Assembly: GCA_001179505.1 (NCBI GenBank)
Contig: CDMY01000149.1
Location: 117,416-181,415 of the forward strand
Length of the DNA stretch: 64,000 nucleotides
Direction: 5' to 3'
DNA from: Vitrella brassicaformis CCMP3155
Lineage: Eukaryota; Protista; Chromerida
Shown here: piece after piece, positions 12,102 to 25,100 of the stretch
Position numbering within the stretch: position 1 is the first letter of the stretch
Layout: every line of letters starts with the position of its first letter
Made by a program: the position numbers and the translations under genes
The notes under the pieces: model-generated
The model's database searches: none
What the model was told of the DNA's origin: nothing
The model's input: the letters and a program-made list of their open reading frames with translations, nothing else

Positions 12102-14219
12102 ATGGGCAACGGTGCTGCGGGGAGATGCGGGGTAGACTTCCAGCCGCAGTATCAGTATTTCCAGCCGAGCCCTCCTCCCAGCCCAGGACGTTCCTCGAGA
12201 GACCCATGGAGGTCAAAACACGACCATCAAACCATTGTTTTGCCATCAAACCATCACAAACAGCGGCACGAACACACCCGTGTGGTCCCTGTTTGCTGCT
12301 TGGGTGCACAGTTTGGATTTTGAGTGCGTCCGAGGGGAGCTATCGGACGAGAACCTGCTGCAGAGATCTGGACAGGTGCGTGGTGGAAGGAAGGATAGGA
12401 TGCGTGGGTGGTGGATGCATCCGATATCCCGTTTTGACGCCACTGTGTATGTATGTTTGTTTGTGCAGCAGAAGCAGGTGTGCCGCGTGGGTGAGATCCA
12501 GCTGTCTGTAGGGTGGTCATGCGTCAAGGGATACAAACCCAACAACCCCGTGCTGCCCAACCAAGACGACTTCCTCATCGCAAGGCAAGGCAGGGAACGA
12601 AAGGCACACACACACACACGGATGGATGGATGGATGGATGGATGGATGGATCCGCATGCATCATGTGCGGATGGATGGACGCAGGATTGGGGAGGATGCT
12701 GTCTATGCTGTGTTCGACGGACATGGTCGGTACACAACAAGGGGAGGGAGGGGGCGTCGTGGTCAATGGTCGGGCGTGGGTGGATGGATGGATGGATGGC
12801 ATGCAGGTGATTTGGGTCACGTCATCTCCCACGCGACCAAGATGTTCTTCTCTAGGGTCCTACACGATCGGTGAGTGAGGAAGGAAGGCAGGGAGGGATA
12901 TATGACACATCGATGGGCATTCTCTCCTGTTTTCCTCCTCCCCTTTTGGTGCAGTGCTCATCTGTGGCGTCAGGGGTGGCGTCACGGCAAGGAGTATGTC
13001 GTCAAGCTCATGGATCAGCTGTTCAGAGAGGTGAGATCGCATGCACACCCATCCATCTATCGACACACCTTGACCGACAACACAACGATTGTTGTGTGTC
13101 GTCACGTCATACATGTCTGTCTGTCAGTGTCAGGAGTATTTGGTGACGGCGTATCCGATGGAGACCGAGTGGTCGGGCACCACGGCCACGGTCATCATCC
13201 ACTACAGGGCGCCAAAGATACTCTGCGTCGCACACGTGGGCGACTCGCGCGCAGTGCTACTCAACCCCAGACGGACACCCGCCGCCGCACATCGTACGTC
13301 CGTCTCGTTGGCTTCTTCTCTTCTCACGGGGGCGTGTGGATGTGTGTGTGTTTCATTGTGTGGTCAGCGTATGTAGGGTACATGTTTGGCGGCATGCCAC
13401 TGCAGCCGTGGGAGGCGCAGGAGCTGACGGCCGACCACAACCCGTCCAACCCAAACGAAAGAAGACGCATACACCACGAGGTGAGCGACACGAGAGAGAG
13501 AGACAGAGAGGCCGACGGACGAACGTCCATGTCTCTCTCTGGCCATACACACAGGGCGGGATGGTGACCTTAGACGGCGAACGGCTGGCCATCCACCCGC
13601 CGTCGCAGCCCACCCACTGCTCGTCGGGGTCGATGCTGGGCACCCTCTTCCCCAGGTGCCAGTCGTTCGTCGGCAGCCCCACCCTGTCGCTGTCGAGGTC
13701 GCTGGGTGACACCAACATGCAGTCCAAGGGCCTCTCGTACCGCCCGGACGTCGCCCTCGTCAACTGCATGGAGGGCAGCATGCTCGTCGTGTGCACCGAC
13801 GGCGTGTGGACTCACATCAGGACGCCGGTCGGCAGGCACAGGGAAGGAAGGAGACACAGTACAGTGTATGTGCGTGCGCATATCGTTTATGTGTGCAGGA
13901 GGCGGCTGAGTTGGTTGCTGCGTATTCGTCTCTGCAGGGTATTCAGGATGCGTCCAACAACATCGTGGGCGTGGCTTGGGAAAGGTCAGCCAGCATGACC
14001 AAAGAAAGAGGGGAGGAGGGTTGAGAGGGCTGAGATGGATGGATGGACGGATGGATGTGTGTGTGCGCATGTCGTCAGGTGGCGCATGAACCCCTACGTC
14101 GGTGAGTCAGCTGAGCAGCGAGCCAGTCATTCTTTGTGGCATGTATGTCTGTATGCGTCGTGCCCGCTGTGTGTGTGTGTGCAGATGACATCACTTCTAT
14201 CGTGGCCTACATCACGTGA
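12102..14219 (+). CDS. PPM/PP2C protein phosphatase with a putative N-myristoylation site
   Basis: Spliced motifs KGYKPNNPVLPNQDDF, YAVFDGHG, SGTTAT, VAHVGDSRAVL, LTADHNPSNPNERRRI, LSRSLGD, VCTDGVW and DDITSIVAYIT*. Starts MGNGAAG. Confidence 0.9.
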
Positions 14220-14947
14220 GGGAGTGGTTGGTTGAGCGAACTGCCTGTGTGGCGTGTGTGAGGGAGTGTGTACGTTTTCACGCTGATGGATGGATGGATG
14301 GTGTACACTCATGTGTATAGCGTCACGTCAATGCATTAATGGACCCATGTGTGTTTGTATGTATCACACTATTGAATTACACAGAGTCCACTGTACCCAT
14401 GGAGCGACCCTGTGGTGTGTGCGCTCTTCTGGTGCGTTGATGTCTGACTGTCCCGCTGCAACGGGATGGCTGTCAACTGACGCTTAGTTGGCAGCCAAAC
14501 CATTGCAGCACGACCCTCGACGTCAACACAGCGGAAAGCATGACAAGGGCTGCCAACACACACCCACCCACCCACCCACCCATGCACACGCAACGGAAAA
14601 ACGATTTCATGAAAAACAACCATCCATCATCCGTCGCGCCGTGTTCCTCCCTCCCGCCCTCCCAGCCAGATGATCTGTCTGTGTATACACATATGCACCT
14701 ACCTACCTACCTACCGTACAACACCGTGGCTCACAAATAGACGGACGGGTCTCTTCTGTCTTCTCAACCAATTGGTCTGTCTGCCTGCAGGGCCCTACTT
14801 GCAAAAGCTGCCGATGTGTGTTGGCCCCCCAATGTGTAACTTATGCAGTCATGACGCACAAAAAAGAGCCCTGATCGTCTGTCTACCTAGGCTAACGTCT
14901 CACAAATGACTGTCTACCTATCTACCGGCCGGCCGTCAGGCAGTGAG

Positions 14948-17255
14948 TCAATCGAGGCCGACGGTGTCACACCCCAATGACACCACATGCATCGGCTGCA
15001 CCGCACCCACCAGCCGCCTCTGACGCAAATCAGACTGCAGCCGCACCAATGGCACCATCCCACCATACCCACACGCACCCTTCAGCGCTGCTGACGGGCC
15101 AGACACAGATCGACGCACCGTCATGGGGGCCACAGAATCGTTCGGTGGTGGCCGCATCAGCTCCCTCACTGACTCACGGAAGGTCGCCGACCCGAGAACG
15201 ATGAGGCAGCTGAATGGGATGGGCTTGGTGATGGTAGGGCTGGGCTGGAGCAGCCGGATGAGCGCCTCGTCGATCAGTGGGCGGCTGAGTGGCGGCGTGT
15301 CCATTTCTGTGCGGGTCGGTGGGGGGGTGGGTGAGGAGGGGGGCAGCCGCCAGTATCGGCAGAAGAAAGCGTCTCTGTACCTGCACATGGATGGATGGAT
15401 GGAGAGACAGCGACACAATGATGCACTGTCAGAGAATGCGTGTGCGACTCTTCGTCTGAGCCTCACCTCTCTTCCATGGCATCGAGTTCGCTTCTGCATG
15501 GGATGGTCTCCTGCTCATCGTCACACACGACGATGCCCAGCCGGGGAGGGGGAGGGACATCAGCACCCGGCGAAAAACCCTCCTCCCCTCCTCTCTCGTC
15601 CCTTGCCTCATCCAGTCCAAAAGACGACAGCGACAGTGTCGACGCCATCGAGAGCGCGGCTGTTCCTTCGCCGCCGGCGATCTCATCCTCAGCATCCTGG
15701 TACTCGCACCACGACCCGAATCCCTCTCCCTCGATGTAGGGCGCCGTCTCGCACACGTCGGGCAGCCCAGGGCCCGCCCACGGCGCACGCCGCCGCCTCG
15801 ACGACCGAAGGGATATCGGCACCGCTGCCGGCTCGACCTCCTCGGTCGCCGGCCGCCTCGCAGAATGGACTGGCACTGGGGGTGGACAGACAGTCTTCAC
15901 GACGAAGTCTGGCGGCTCCTGACAGGCGTGATGGAGGAGACTCTGCCGCGCGATGCCTGTCGAGGGGCTGGTCCGCGATGGTGGGATGGTGGGGGCAGTG
16001 AACTGGGGGGAGCCTGGCGGTGGAGGGCTGTCTTGTGCTAGTGCGTGGGTGAGTGATGATGGTCCTGGGCCTGGGCTGGATGGCACTGTGCGGAAGAAGG
16101 CCTGGGCGCACTGCAGGGCCAGGGGGACGTGATTGCCATCGGCTACGATCAAGGTGCTCTGCCACGGCCAGTCGCGAGCAGCCTCATTGTCGTCACTCGA
16201 TCCGGCGGCCTTCAGCAGTGGAGTACCGACAGGGCCCTGCATGTGCACAATCGACCCTGACACCACACACACAGACGCGACAATCGTTCCATGACACCGT
16301 CCAGAGTACATACATGCATTTGACGTACCCAGCAGCAGCGAGTTGAGGAATCTGTAGAGGGCGTCCTCAGGATCCACTCGCAGAACGAAGTCCATGAAGA
16401 GGTCGGTGTTGGTGGTCGCCGTCGTGACGGGCGGCGCGTACCTCGTGACCACCTCCCCGTCTGAGTCACCCCCACTAGTAGTGACCGCGATGCCCACACA
16501 CTGCCCCGCCTCGCACACGATCCGGGTCGCCCGTGGCCGCCTTAGCGGCACCACACGCACCAGGACGCCCGTCGCGACACCCTGTTGCTTGAGCTCCTCG
16601 CGATGCACCAACACATGGGGCACCCAGCCGTCTCCCACAGCACAGCCGTTGTCGATAGTGTATCTGTCAACGGTGGGGCCATTGTTGACATCTGGCTGCG
16701 TTGGTTCTGCGGCGAGGCTGACGAGCGACGAGGAAGAGAAGGAACAAGTGCGGGGGCCGCTGGGGGTGGAAGACGACGTGTGGTTGTGGTGGTGGTGGTG
16801 GACCTGCTGTATCACCGGCCGATCGCCCTTGTTGACGCCGAGGGGGTCAGGGGAAGACGGCTGGTCGCCCGGAGAGGAGGAGGCGACCCCATTGTAGTCC
16901 CTCTGTCTCCGCTGCTTGGCCTCCTTCCAGATGGCCGTCAGCAGCACATGAACGGCATCCATCGACAGCATGCGATACGCCGACGACATGACCCTCACCC
17001 CCCACACATCGCCGCCCTCGGTGTCGGGACCACCAACGTCACCGCCTCTCGCCCGCTTGCTGACCCGTCCCTCGAGAGCCAGCCCGCGACAGTGCTTCGG
17101 GCTGTGTGTGCGGTGGTGGCAGTGGTGGGCATGTGTGTGCGAGTCCGGCAGCAGGTCGAGCATGCGCTTGCGCCGCGACGCTCGACGGCGGGAGGGGGAG
17201 GGGCTGAGGGACCGGGGGACGGGGCAGTGCACAATGCCCTGATGATACACAAGAG

Positions 17256-17288
<33 letters not shown>

Positions 17289-20200
17289 AATGTGTCGTCT
17301 GCGTGTGGTTTGTTTGGCTGGGGTGTGGAATCTTACTTGTGTCCATGTGGCTGCGAGTGCCAGTTTTGCGGACAGCCGTCTGTGTTGGTTGCGCTCCAGG
17401 AGTCCCCGCAGCAGCTGCATCGCGGCCGCATCGACGCCCTGGAACAGGGGACCACCGAACTGCATGTGAGCAATCACAGAGAGTGAGAGAGAGACACACA
17501 TCCTTGGATATGCATGATGGCAGGTGCATGAAGTGACATTTCTCACCTCTATCGGCTCCTCAGTGATGGCCCGCATAATGTCGCACCTGCAGGCAGCAGA
17601 GACGGCCACACGTGAGGAGATGGATGCAGCTATCCATCCATCCATCCATCCATGTGTGTGTGCTCATGTGTGCTCAGTGTTGGGTACATACGTTCCGTCG
17701 AATGGCAGCATGCCGGTGAGCATGAAGTAGAGGCACACCCCGGCCGACCACACGTCGACCTTCTGCCCGTACTCGGCCCAGCCGCCCACTATCTCGGGCG
17801 CAGTGAAACGCAGGTTCCCTGAACAACAGAACGAGGGGAGGGGGCCTTTCTCTTCCCAGTGGCTCGCTCCTTGCAGGACGGACCTGCGGGTGTCATCATG
17901 CCGTCAAGGTCCCCCTTGCGAGCGATGTTGAAGTCAGCCACCTTCAGACACGCACTACACACCTCACCTGATGTGAAATCAGGGACACAGACCGACATGG
18001 AAGGCGCGCACACTCTTGCGTGTCGTCCTTCATGCACGGACTTGATGTGAGCAGCAGGTTTTTGATGGAGAGGTCCCGATGTGTGACGCCGTTCTCGTTG
18101 AGGTACACCAGAGCCGTCATCAGCTGACGAAACACGTGACGCGCCTGACCATCTAAACACCACACACACACACGCACGCACGGAACACACCCATTGCCCA
18201 CGCTGTGCTCAGCTGGTTTGTCTCTCAATCCCTTCCTTACCCGAGAAGCGTCTTTTGCCCTTGAGTTGTGCCATTTTCCTGGACGCGAGCGGGTTGACCT
18301 CCAGGTCGCCGTATCGCTCGACGGCCTCCTCCAGGTCGGGCCCGTCGATATACTCCATCACCAAATGCAAGGCGCCCTCACGATCGAAGTCCTGGTCGGA
18401 TCGATATCGATGTGTGATAGACCCGCCCGGAGAGTGAGGGGCTGTCTGTCGTGCGGCTTACGTTGATGAGTTCGTGTGCCTTGACGATATTGGGGTGGTT
18501 GACCGACTTCATGACCTCGAACTCACGCTCCACCTGCACACACCACACCACAACACACCACACCACCATGACAGAACACGGCTTCCACCGACTGACTGAC
18601 TCATCGAGTGACTGACTGACCACATGTGCGATCTCGATGTCGTCAGTCCTGACGGTCTTGACGGCCACCACACAGCGGTCCGCACGACGGATGGCCCGCC
18701 GAACCACACCCAACGTCCCCTGCCCCCGTCTCTCGAGCAGGTCGTATCTCTGGTACACGGCATGGTCGCGGCGCATCAGACTCCACCGATTGTTGCCGGG
18801 GTCGGTCACCTCGACGTCAGTCAATCTGACACACACACACACACACACACGGACAGTGATGCGCTGATGGCGTTGAGTGTCGTGTCCGTGTGTGTCTGAG
18901 TATGTGTGTCTTCCTTTCTTACGGTGTGTTTTGTCTGCGTAAGAGTTTTTTGTCGACTGCGATAGCGATGGGCTGCATGGACGACTGCATGAAGGACGCC
19001 CGGCGCGACAAGAGCCGCGACTGCGACAGCCGCAGCCCCTCGCCGACCGTCGACACTGAGATGTCACCCGTGCTGCTCCGACGATTGTCTGCACAGACAC
19101 ACAGAACAAACGCCAGCCAACACCATGCCAGCCAGACATACGCCAGCCCCCGCCCTTCCAGCTCACTTTTGATGGCGGGCACACTGACGGCATGGACAGG
19201 TGCCGTGCTCATCCAGCCGTCCAGACACTCGGACGTGCTGCGGGCCACAGCTTCGGGCAGCCGAAGTGACGGTGACGGCGAGGCCTCATCGCTGGGCAGC
19301 TTGGGCAGCATCTGGCCGGCCGAGGTCGTCGCGTGCATCGACGCCGTGTCGAGCAGGGGCGTCCGAAAGAGACCGTCGAGCTCGAGGTCGCCTGTGGGCG
19401 ACCGCTCCACACGCTCAGAGGGCTCGTCAGGCCAACCACCACCACCCTGCACCGTCAATCCATCCATCCATCCATTTGACACGTTGACTCCCCCCCACTT
19501 GTGTGAGTGCCGTGCTGACCAGGGGGCTGTGTGCGAAGCTGCCCAGCAGTGCGTTGTGTCGGTCCAGATGTTCCGCCAGTGTGTCCAGGGGCGCCTCTCC
19601 GAGTGCCCATGAGGGCGTCATGAGCACCATCTTGTCGACGGCCGTCGGTCTGTCGCTGCTGCCGGTGGAGCGGCCCTGTGTGGGCATGTAGTAGTGGAAG
19701 AAGAGGCCGACGGCCGGGTGCTTGCGCATGAGGGAGAGGACAGAACCTGTATGTAGTCATGACAGGACAGGACAGGAGAAACGTGTTTGTTTTTCGGGTC
19801 CATGGAGGGCATGGATGTACACATACATATACATACCCCAGGTGACGTCCGGGACGGGGTGCTCAATCACCACAAGGAAACCCTGCTCGTCCATCTCTAG
19901 CGACTGCATCACATCATAATCACACACACACACACACAGGTCCTCTCGTGAGGCCTGCGTCTGCCTCCCCCCTACCTCCCTCCGCCACACACTGACCTCG
20001 GTCACGAGCCACACATGCCCCGCCTTCTTCCGCCTTTTCCTCCCGTGGATCCTCACGCGGCACACACTCTGCCTTTCGGTGTGTGTGACGGGCCTCAGCT
20101 CCTCCAGCCGGTCGCTGACGGCCCGCCTGTACCGCCGGACGTCGCTCGGGTGCAAGAATGACCAGAGGTTCTTGTACAGCAGGTCATCGTGGCGGTAGCC

Positions 20201-20299
20201 CAGGATGGCGTGGCTGCTGGGCGACACATACCGGATGCTGCCCGTCGAGGCGTCGAACTTGGTCACCAGGGAGGGACCACAGGCACACGACGGCTCCAT
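14948..20299 (-). CDS. PAS domain + CAMK-like Ser/Thr kinase + degenerate FNR/cytochrome b5 reductase-like module
   Basis: PAS ~19830-20299: ILGYRHDDLLYKNLWSFLHPSD..VWLVTE|SLEMDEQGFLVVIEHP. Kinase ~17350-18740: GQGTLG, VAVK, EREFEVM, HRDLSIKN, ADFN, FTAPE, DVWSAG, RRLSAKLAL. FNR-like ~14948-16600. Junctions I checked from PAS through to the end are in phase. ATG 20299 sits just after a possible acceptor (TTACCTAG), so the start may lie further upstream. Confidence 0.8.
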
Positions 20300-20501
20300 C
20301 TAGGTAACAGGGGCAATGATACGGCGAGGTGGCGTCAGGGGCGGCGCCGCCAAGGGAGAGAGAGATGCACCATGAAGCGCGATGAAGGACTTTCTTTGCC
20401 TCGGGATTTATGCGGCGGCCTGCAGCGGACCGTGAAAGAGCGGCACGTGCTGAAGTAGTGGAGATAATGAGGGAGAGCGGTAGAAAAGCTCTTTTCTGTA
20501 A

Positions 20502-20508
20502 AGCTCGC
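20502..20508 (+). promoter_or_regulatory. AGCTCGC candidate element
   Basis: Between the divergent PAS-kinase and signal peptidase genes. Confidence 0.35.
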
Positions 20509-20575
20509 AGCCAAGCTTGCAGAGTGATCGAAATCGGCGCCGCTTCCCCCCGAAGTCGCCAGTCCGCAGCTGCCA

Positions 20576-22175
20576 ATGTCACCGTCTTTCCTGATATCGC
20601 TTATTTCGGCCATTTTTGCGTCGCATCTTGTGCTACTCGCCGCAGCGTTCGTCCCATCGTCGCTGCCGTCATGCGGGAGGACGCAGGCGCATCGCCTGGC
20701 GACGCTGGAAGGCAGGAGGCGTGTTGTGAGGCGCGCCTTGCCCGGCGCGTGGATGATGAGTCGAGATGCACACCCAGCCACCAAGGTACAAAAAGGATGC
20801 AGGCAGGTGATGTGTTTGATGGCATGCAGACGTGTGCACGCACTGTGCCTGTGCTTGGGTTTGGTTTGCAGGAGGTTGAAGCGCCTTGTGCAGCAGAAGA
20901 TGCGCGTGACTGGAAGGTCAGCGGTATCAGGGTGCCGGCTGATGGATCAGCAGGAGCTGCGCCGTCCATCCCGCCAGCCCCATCAAATATGACAACCTCC
21001 CCCGTTGCATCCTCCCCCTCTCTCCGCCAGCCATCAGTGTTGAGATCCCTCCTTTCGCCGCCCAGAAGGGGCGATGGCGGTCGGGGCGATGATGGTCCGA
21101 CCGATGACGACGTCCCATCGCCGCCCCTGGCCAAGCCCCGGCGCGACACGGCCGACGAGGTGCGGAACGTGTTCATCGCCTTCTTTATCTCCTTGATGAT
21201 CCGGATCTTTGTTGCTGAGCCGCGGTTCATCCCCTCGCTGTCGATGTACCCGACGCTGGATGTGGGCGACAATGTGGTGGTGGAGAAGGTCAGCAAGTAC
21301 TGGCGGGAGCCCCACAGGGGGGACGTCCTCGTGTTCGTCCCGCCACAAGAGGCTCTCAGGTGAGTGAGATAGGCATGTGGGCACGCAACAGTGGCAATCG
21401 GTTTTTGGTGAGCTGTTTGTCGATCAGCTTGAGCGGGTCAAAGGACGACTCGAGCGCCTTTGCACGTCTGCTGAACGGCGGCAAGTCTGACCGGGCCTTC
21501 ATCAAGCGGTGCGTGGCCGTCGGGGGCGATACAGTGGAGGTCAAGAACGGACGGCTGTTTGTCAACGGAGACCTGCAGGAAGAGAAATTCATCAACGAAG
21601 CACCACGGTGAGTGAGTAGTGAGCCGATACAGACAGACACACACAGTCTCCCTCTCCATGCCATGCATCTCTCTCGCNNNNNNNNNNNNNNNNNNNNNNN
21701 NNNNNNNNNNNNNNNNNNNNNNNNNNNNNNNNNNNNNNNNNNNNNNNNNNNNNNNNNNNNNNNNNNNNNNNNNNNNNNNNNNNNNNNNNNNNNNNNNNNN
21801 NNNNNNNNNNNNNNNNNNNNNNNNNNNNNNNNNNNNNNNNNNNNNNNNNNNNNNNNNNNNNNNNNNNNNNNNNNNNNNNNNNNNNNNNNNNNNNNNNNNN
21901 NNNNNNNNNNNNNNNNNNNNNNNNNNNNNNNNNNNNNNNNNNNNNNNNNNNNNNNNNNNNNNNNNNNNNNNNNNNNNGGGGGGGGGGTATGGTATGGCAG
22001 GTACATGTTTGGTCCGTTCAAGGTGCCGGATAGCATGGTCATGATGCTGGGCGACAACCGCAATCAGTCGCTGGACTCGCACGTGTGGGGGTTCCTGCCG
22101 GCGGACAACGTCATCGGCCGGGCGGTGTTCAAGTACTGGCCGCCCTGGAGGGCAGGCACCATACCCTTTGAATAA
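20576..22175 (+). CDS. TPP: Plastid type I signal peptidase (S26A; thylakoidal processing peptidase-like)
   Basis: Catalytic Ser box EPRFIPSLSMYPTLDVGD, Lys box AFIKRCVAVGGD, and MLGDNRNQSLDSHVWGFLP..IGRAVFKYWPP. Signal peptide MSPSFLIS..LLAAAF-VPS. One intron contains an N gap. Confidence 0.92.
21678..21977. other. Assembly gap (300 N)
   Basis: N run inside a signal peptidase intron, next to poly-G. Confidence 1.
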
Positions 22176-22199
22176 AGTGGACGGTTGGAATAAATGGCG

Positions 22200-25100
22200 C
22201 CCGGTGGTCGATATCTATTGCTCTGTGTTTGTAGTGAGTGCATATGGCTCTTTGCATGACTGACAGACGGACGGACGGAGGGAGGGAGGGGTCGGTGGGG
22301 GCTTGGGTGTTCTCTGCAACGCTTTTGATGGGATGGGATGGGATGGGATGGGAGGTTGTGTGGAAACCGATCGAGGTATGCTCGCAGATGGATGATTTCT
22401 GAGCGCACGCAGGCACATGCATCGCAATGTGTCCAGCCCACACGCACACACACACACACACACGCACACGAAGACACTGACAAAGGGCCACGTCACGTCC
22501 TAAAAACCATCCATCCATCGTTCCATCGCTCTTTCTTTTCTCTGTCCTCCTCCTTGCTGTACCACGCCATGCCACGTACACACGCCCCAGGACACAGACA
22601 GGATGATGGAGTGCTGTGCTATGCTACGGTACGCCATGCAGCGCATCGATCAATCAACTACTAAATCACGATCATTCATTCGCTCATAGCCAGCTAAGCT
22701 AGTGCCCGCCCGCAGCCGCGGAAGCACTTCCGTAGGTAGATAGACTAGCCTTTCTCTCTCTCTCACTCAGGTGGATTGGATGGGCCGGTGACCGACTGAC
22801 GGAATGGCTGGCTCTAAGGTGGCTCTAAGACACACGCACCCACGCAGCACAAACACACACACACGAGAGAGAGAAGAGGAGAGGAGAGGGGAGGAGAGGA
22901 GAGTGCAGCCATCGGCTAGGACTCTACACACGCATCCATCCAGACAACACCGACAAAGGGATAGACAGACAGCCTGCTTGACAGGCATCCCGAAAACAAC
23001 CCACGCAATCCCATGCAGAAACCGCACCGAAAGAGAACGAACGGAACGGAACGGAGAGGGCGACCACATCCACACTGACTGTAATGCTGTAAAACAGACC
23101 ACACACACGCACCACACACACACCACACACACAACATGACATGAAGGAGAGAGGAGAGAGCGACAAGACGACAAATATCTGCTGTACAGTATGCCGCATG
23201 CTACGCCCCCAGCCACCCAAGCACCCCACCCACCCCCACCCAATCAGGCCAATCAATCATGTCACTCCATCGGTGGTCAATCAAAACGCAACTTCCAAAA
23301 CGCAGCCACACACAAACAAAAAGATAATGGGCACGGCACAGAAGGAAATCGAGAGGCACTCAGGCAGGTCCGAATGGATGCAGGGAGGGATGCAGGGAGG
23401 GAGGGAGGGACAGGGGGAGCCTAGCCTGGTGGCAACTGAAATGATCAGTCAGTCAAAGTGACTAGCTCGCTGTTTGTTAAATCGAAGGAATGCTCCATCC
23501 ATCCATCCCCAGAAAAAAGCAGTGCGCCGTGTGTGACGGGGAAAAAACAGGGGGGGGGGGGGGNNNNNNNNNNNNNNNNNNNNNNNNNNNNNNNNNNNNN
23601 NNNNNNNNNNNNNNNNNNNNNNNNNNNNNNNNNNNNNNNNNNNNNNNNNNNNNNNNNNNNNNNNNNNNNNNNNNNNNNNNNNNNNNNNNNNNNNNNNNNN
23701 NNNNNNNNNNNNNNNNNNNNNNNNNNNNNNNNNNNNNNNNNNNNNNNNNNNNNNNNNNNNNNNNNNNNNNNNNNNNNNNNNNNNNNNNNNNNNNNNNNNN
23801 NNNNNNNNNNNNNNNNNNNNNNNNNNNNNNNNNNNNNNNNNNNNNNNNNNNNNNNNNNNNNNNGGGGGGGAGGGGGGGGAGGGTGAAACAGTCAGGCAGG
23901 CAGGCAGAAGAAAAGAGACATAAGAGCGGAGGGGAGGGAACAGAGGAAGAAAAAACACCAAGAGGTCATGTACTGTAGAGTGAGTGAAGGGGTATGTGAT
24001 GTGTCTGTGTGTGTGTGGGGGTGAAAGCGTCGATTGGCCTTCCTTCCTTCTTCCGCAGTCCGTAATAGTACATCAGATCGGCACCTCGCTCGCTCACTCA
24101 CTCAGCACAGGACAGCACGGCACGGCACACACGGAGGAGAGACAGACAGACAGCCCTCTGGTCGGTCGGTCGGTCGGCCAACAGCACAAAAAACACATAG
24201 TTCCTGAGAACACATGCACTGTACCCGTCCAGTTAGTTAGTTAGTCGTGTGTCTCAGGTCTGCATGCCAATTGGCGGGTGTGCTGTGCTGACCAGACCAG
24301 ACCCTATCTATCTGTGTGTCTGTGTCGGTGTGTGTGTTTGTGTGTGTGTGTGTCTGCCAGTAGGCTGCCTCTGCGTGCGCGTTGGTCTATCTCGGTCAAA
24401 ACTGCTTTGTGTGCGAATGGCTGGCTGGCTGGCTGGTCTAACGAACGAAGGATCATCCATCCATGCGGGCAGACAGACAGACAGACAGACATGCAATCCC
24501 CCTACTAAAGCGGAAACAACACATAAAGAGGAGAATCGGTCCATCCCATACAGTGGGTGCCGTCGGTCCGTTCGGTCGACAGGTACTTCTTGGCTAGACT
24601 CTCTCTCTGTCTTTTTCCCTCCCTCCCTCCCTCCCTGACTCTCCCTCTGTGTCCCCTCCCTCTCTCCCTCTCTGCCGGTTCCCGCGATCGAGTACCGTCC
24701 GACGGTCAATCAAAGGGGACTTCAGTATCAGACAGCCAGTACGTCGTGTTGCGTCACCCACACACCCACACCCACACACAACGTCTATCGCTGCACATGC
24801 ACTCACTCATTCTCACAGCAGGCAGGCAGGCAGGGCCGGGCAAGCGGCTAAGCTAGCCGGTCAGCTAGCACGCCTTCTTCCCCCGTCCACTCCATCCACC
24901 CGTCAGTCGTCCGTCCGTCCGTCCGAGACCAACCACCAAACACACAGGCCACATCTCACACCACACACGCCACAGCCACAGCCACATGCACCCACCCACC
25001 CTCCCTCTCTTTTACCACCCTAAGCCCCTCTACTTACGTTATATTACGTACTTAGCGCACACACACGACGCGACACGCATGGCATGCAGGCAGTCAGTCA

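Noticed and set aside
15463-17529. 688-aa ORF as a stand-alone gene
   Set aside because: Its start runs through intronic microsatellites, and its real exons splice in phase to the kinase upstream and to the exon at ~15380.
19830-20299. LOV/aureochrome-type photoreceptor
   Set aside because: No GxNCRFLQ motif; this is a generic PAS domain with unknown ligand.
20410-21363. 317-aa ORF starting at 20410 as the signal peptidase N-terminus
   Set aside because: The signal-peptide frame starts at 20576 and appears to join this frame after an intron; the upstream part overlaps the shared promoter.
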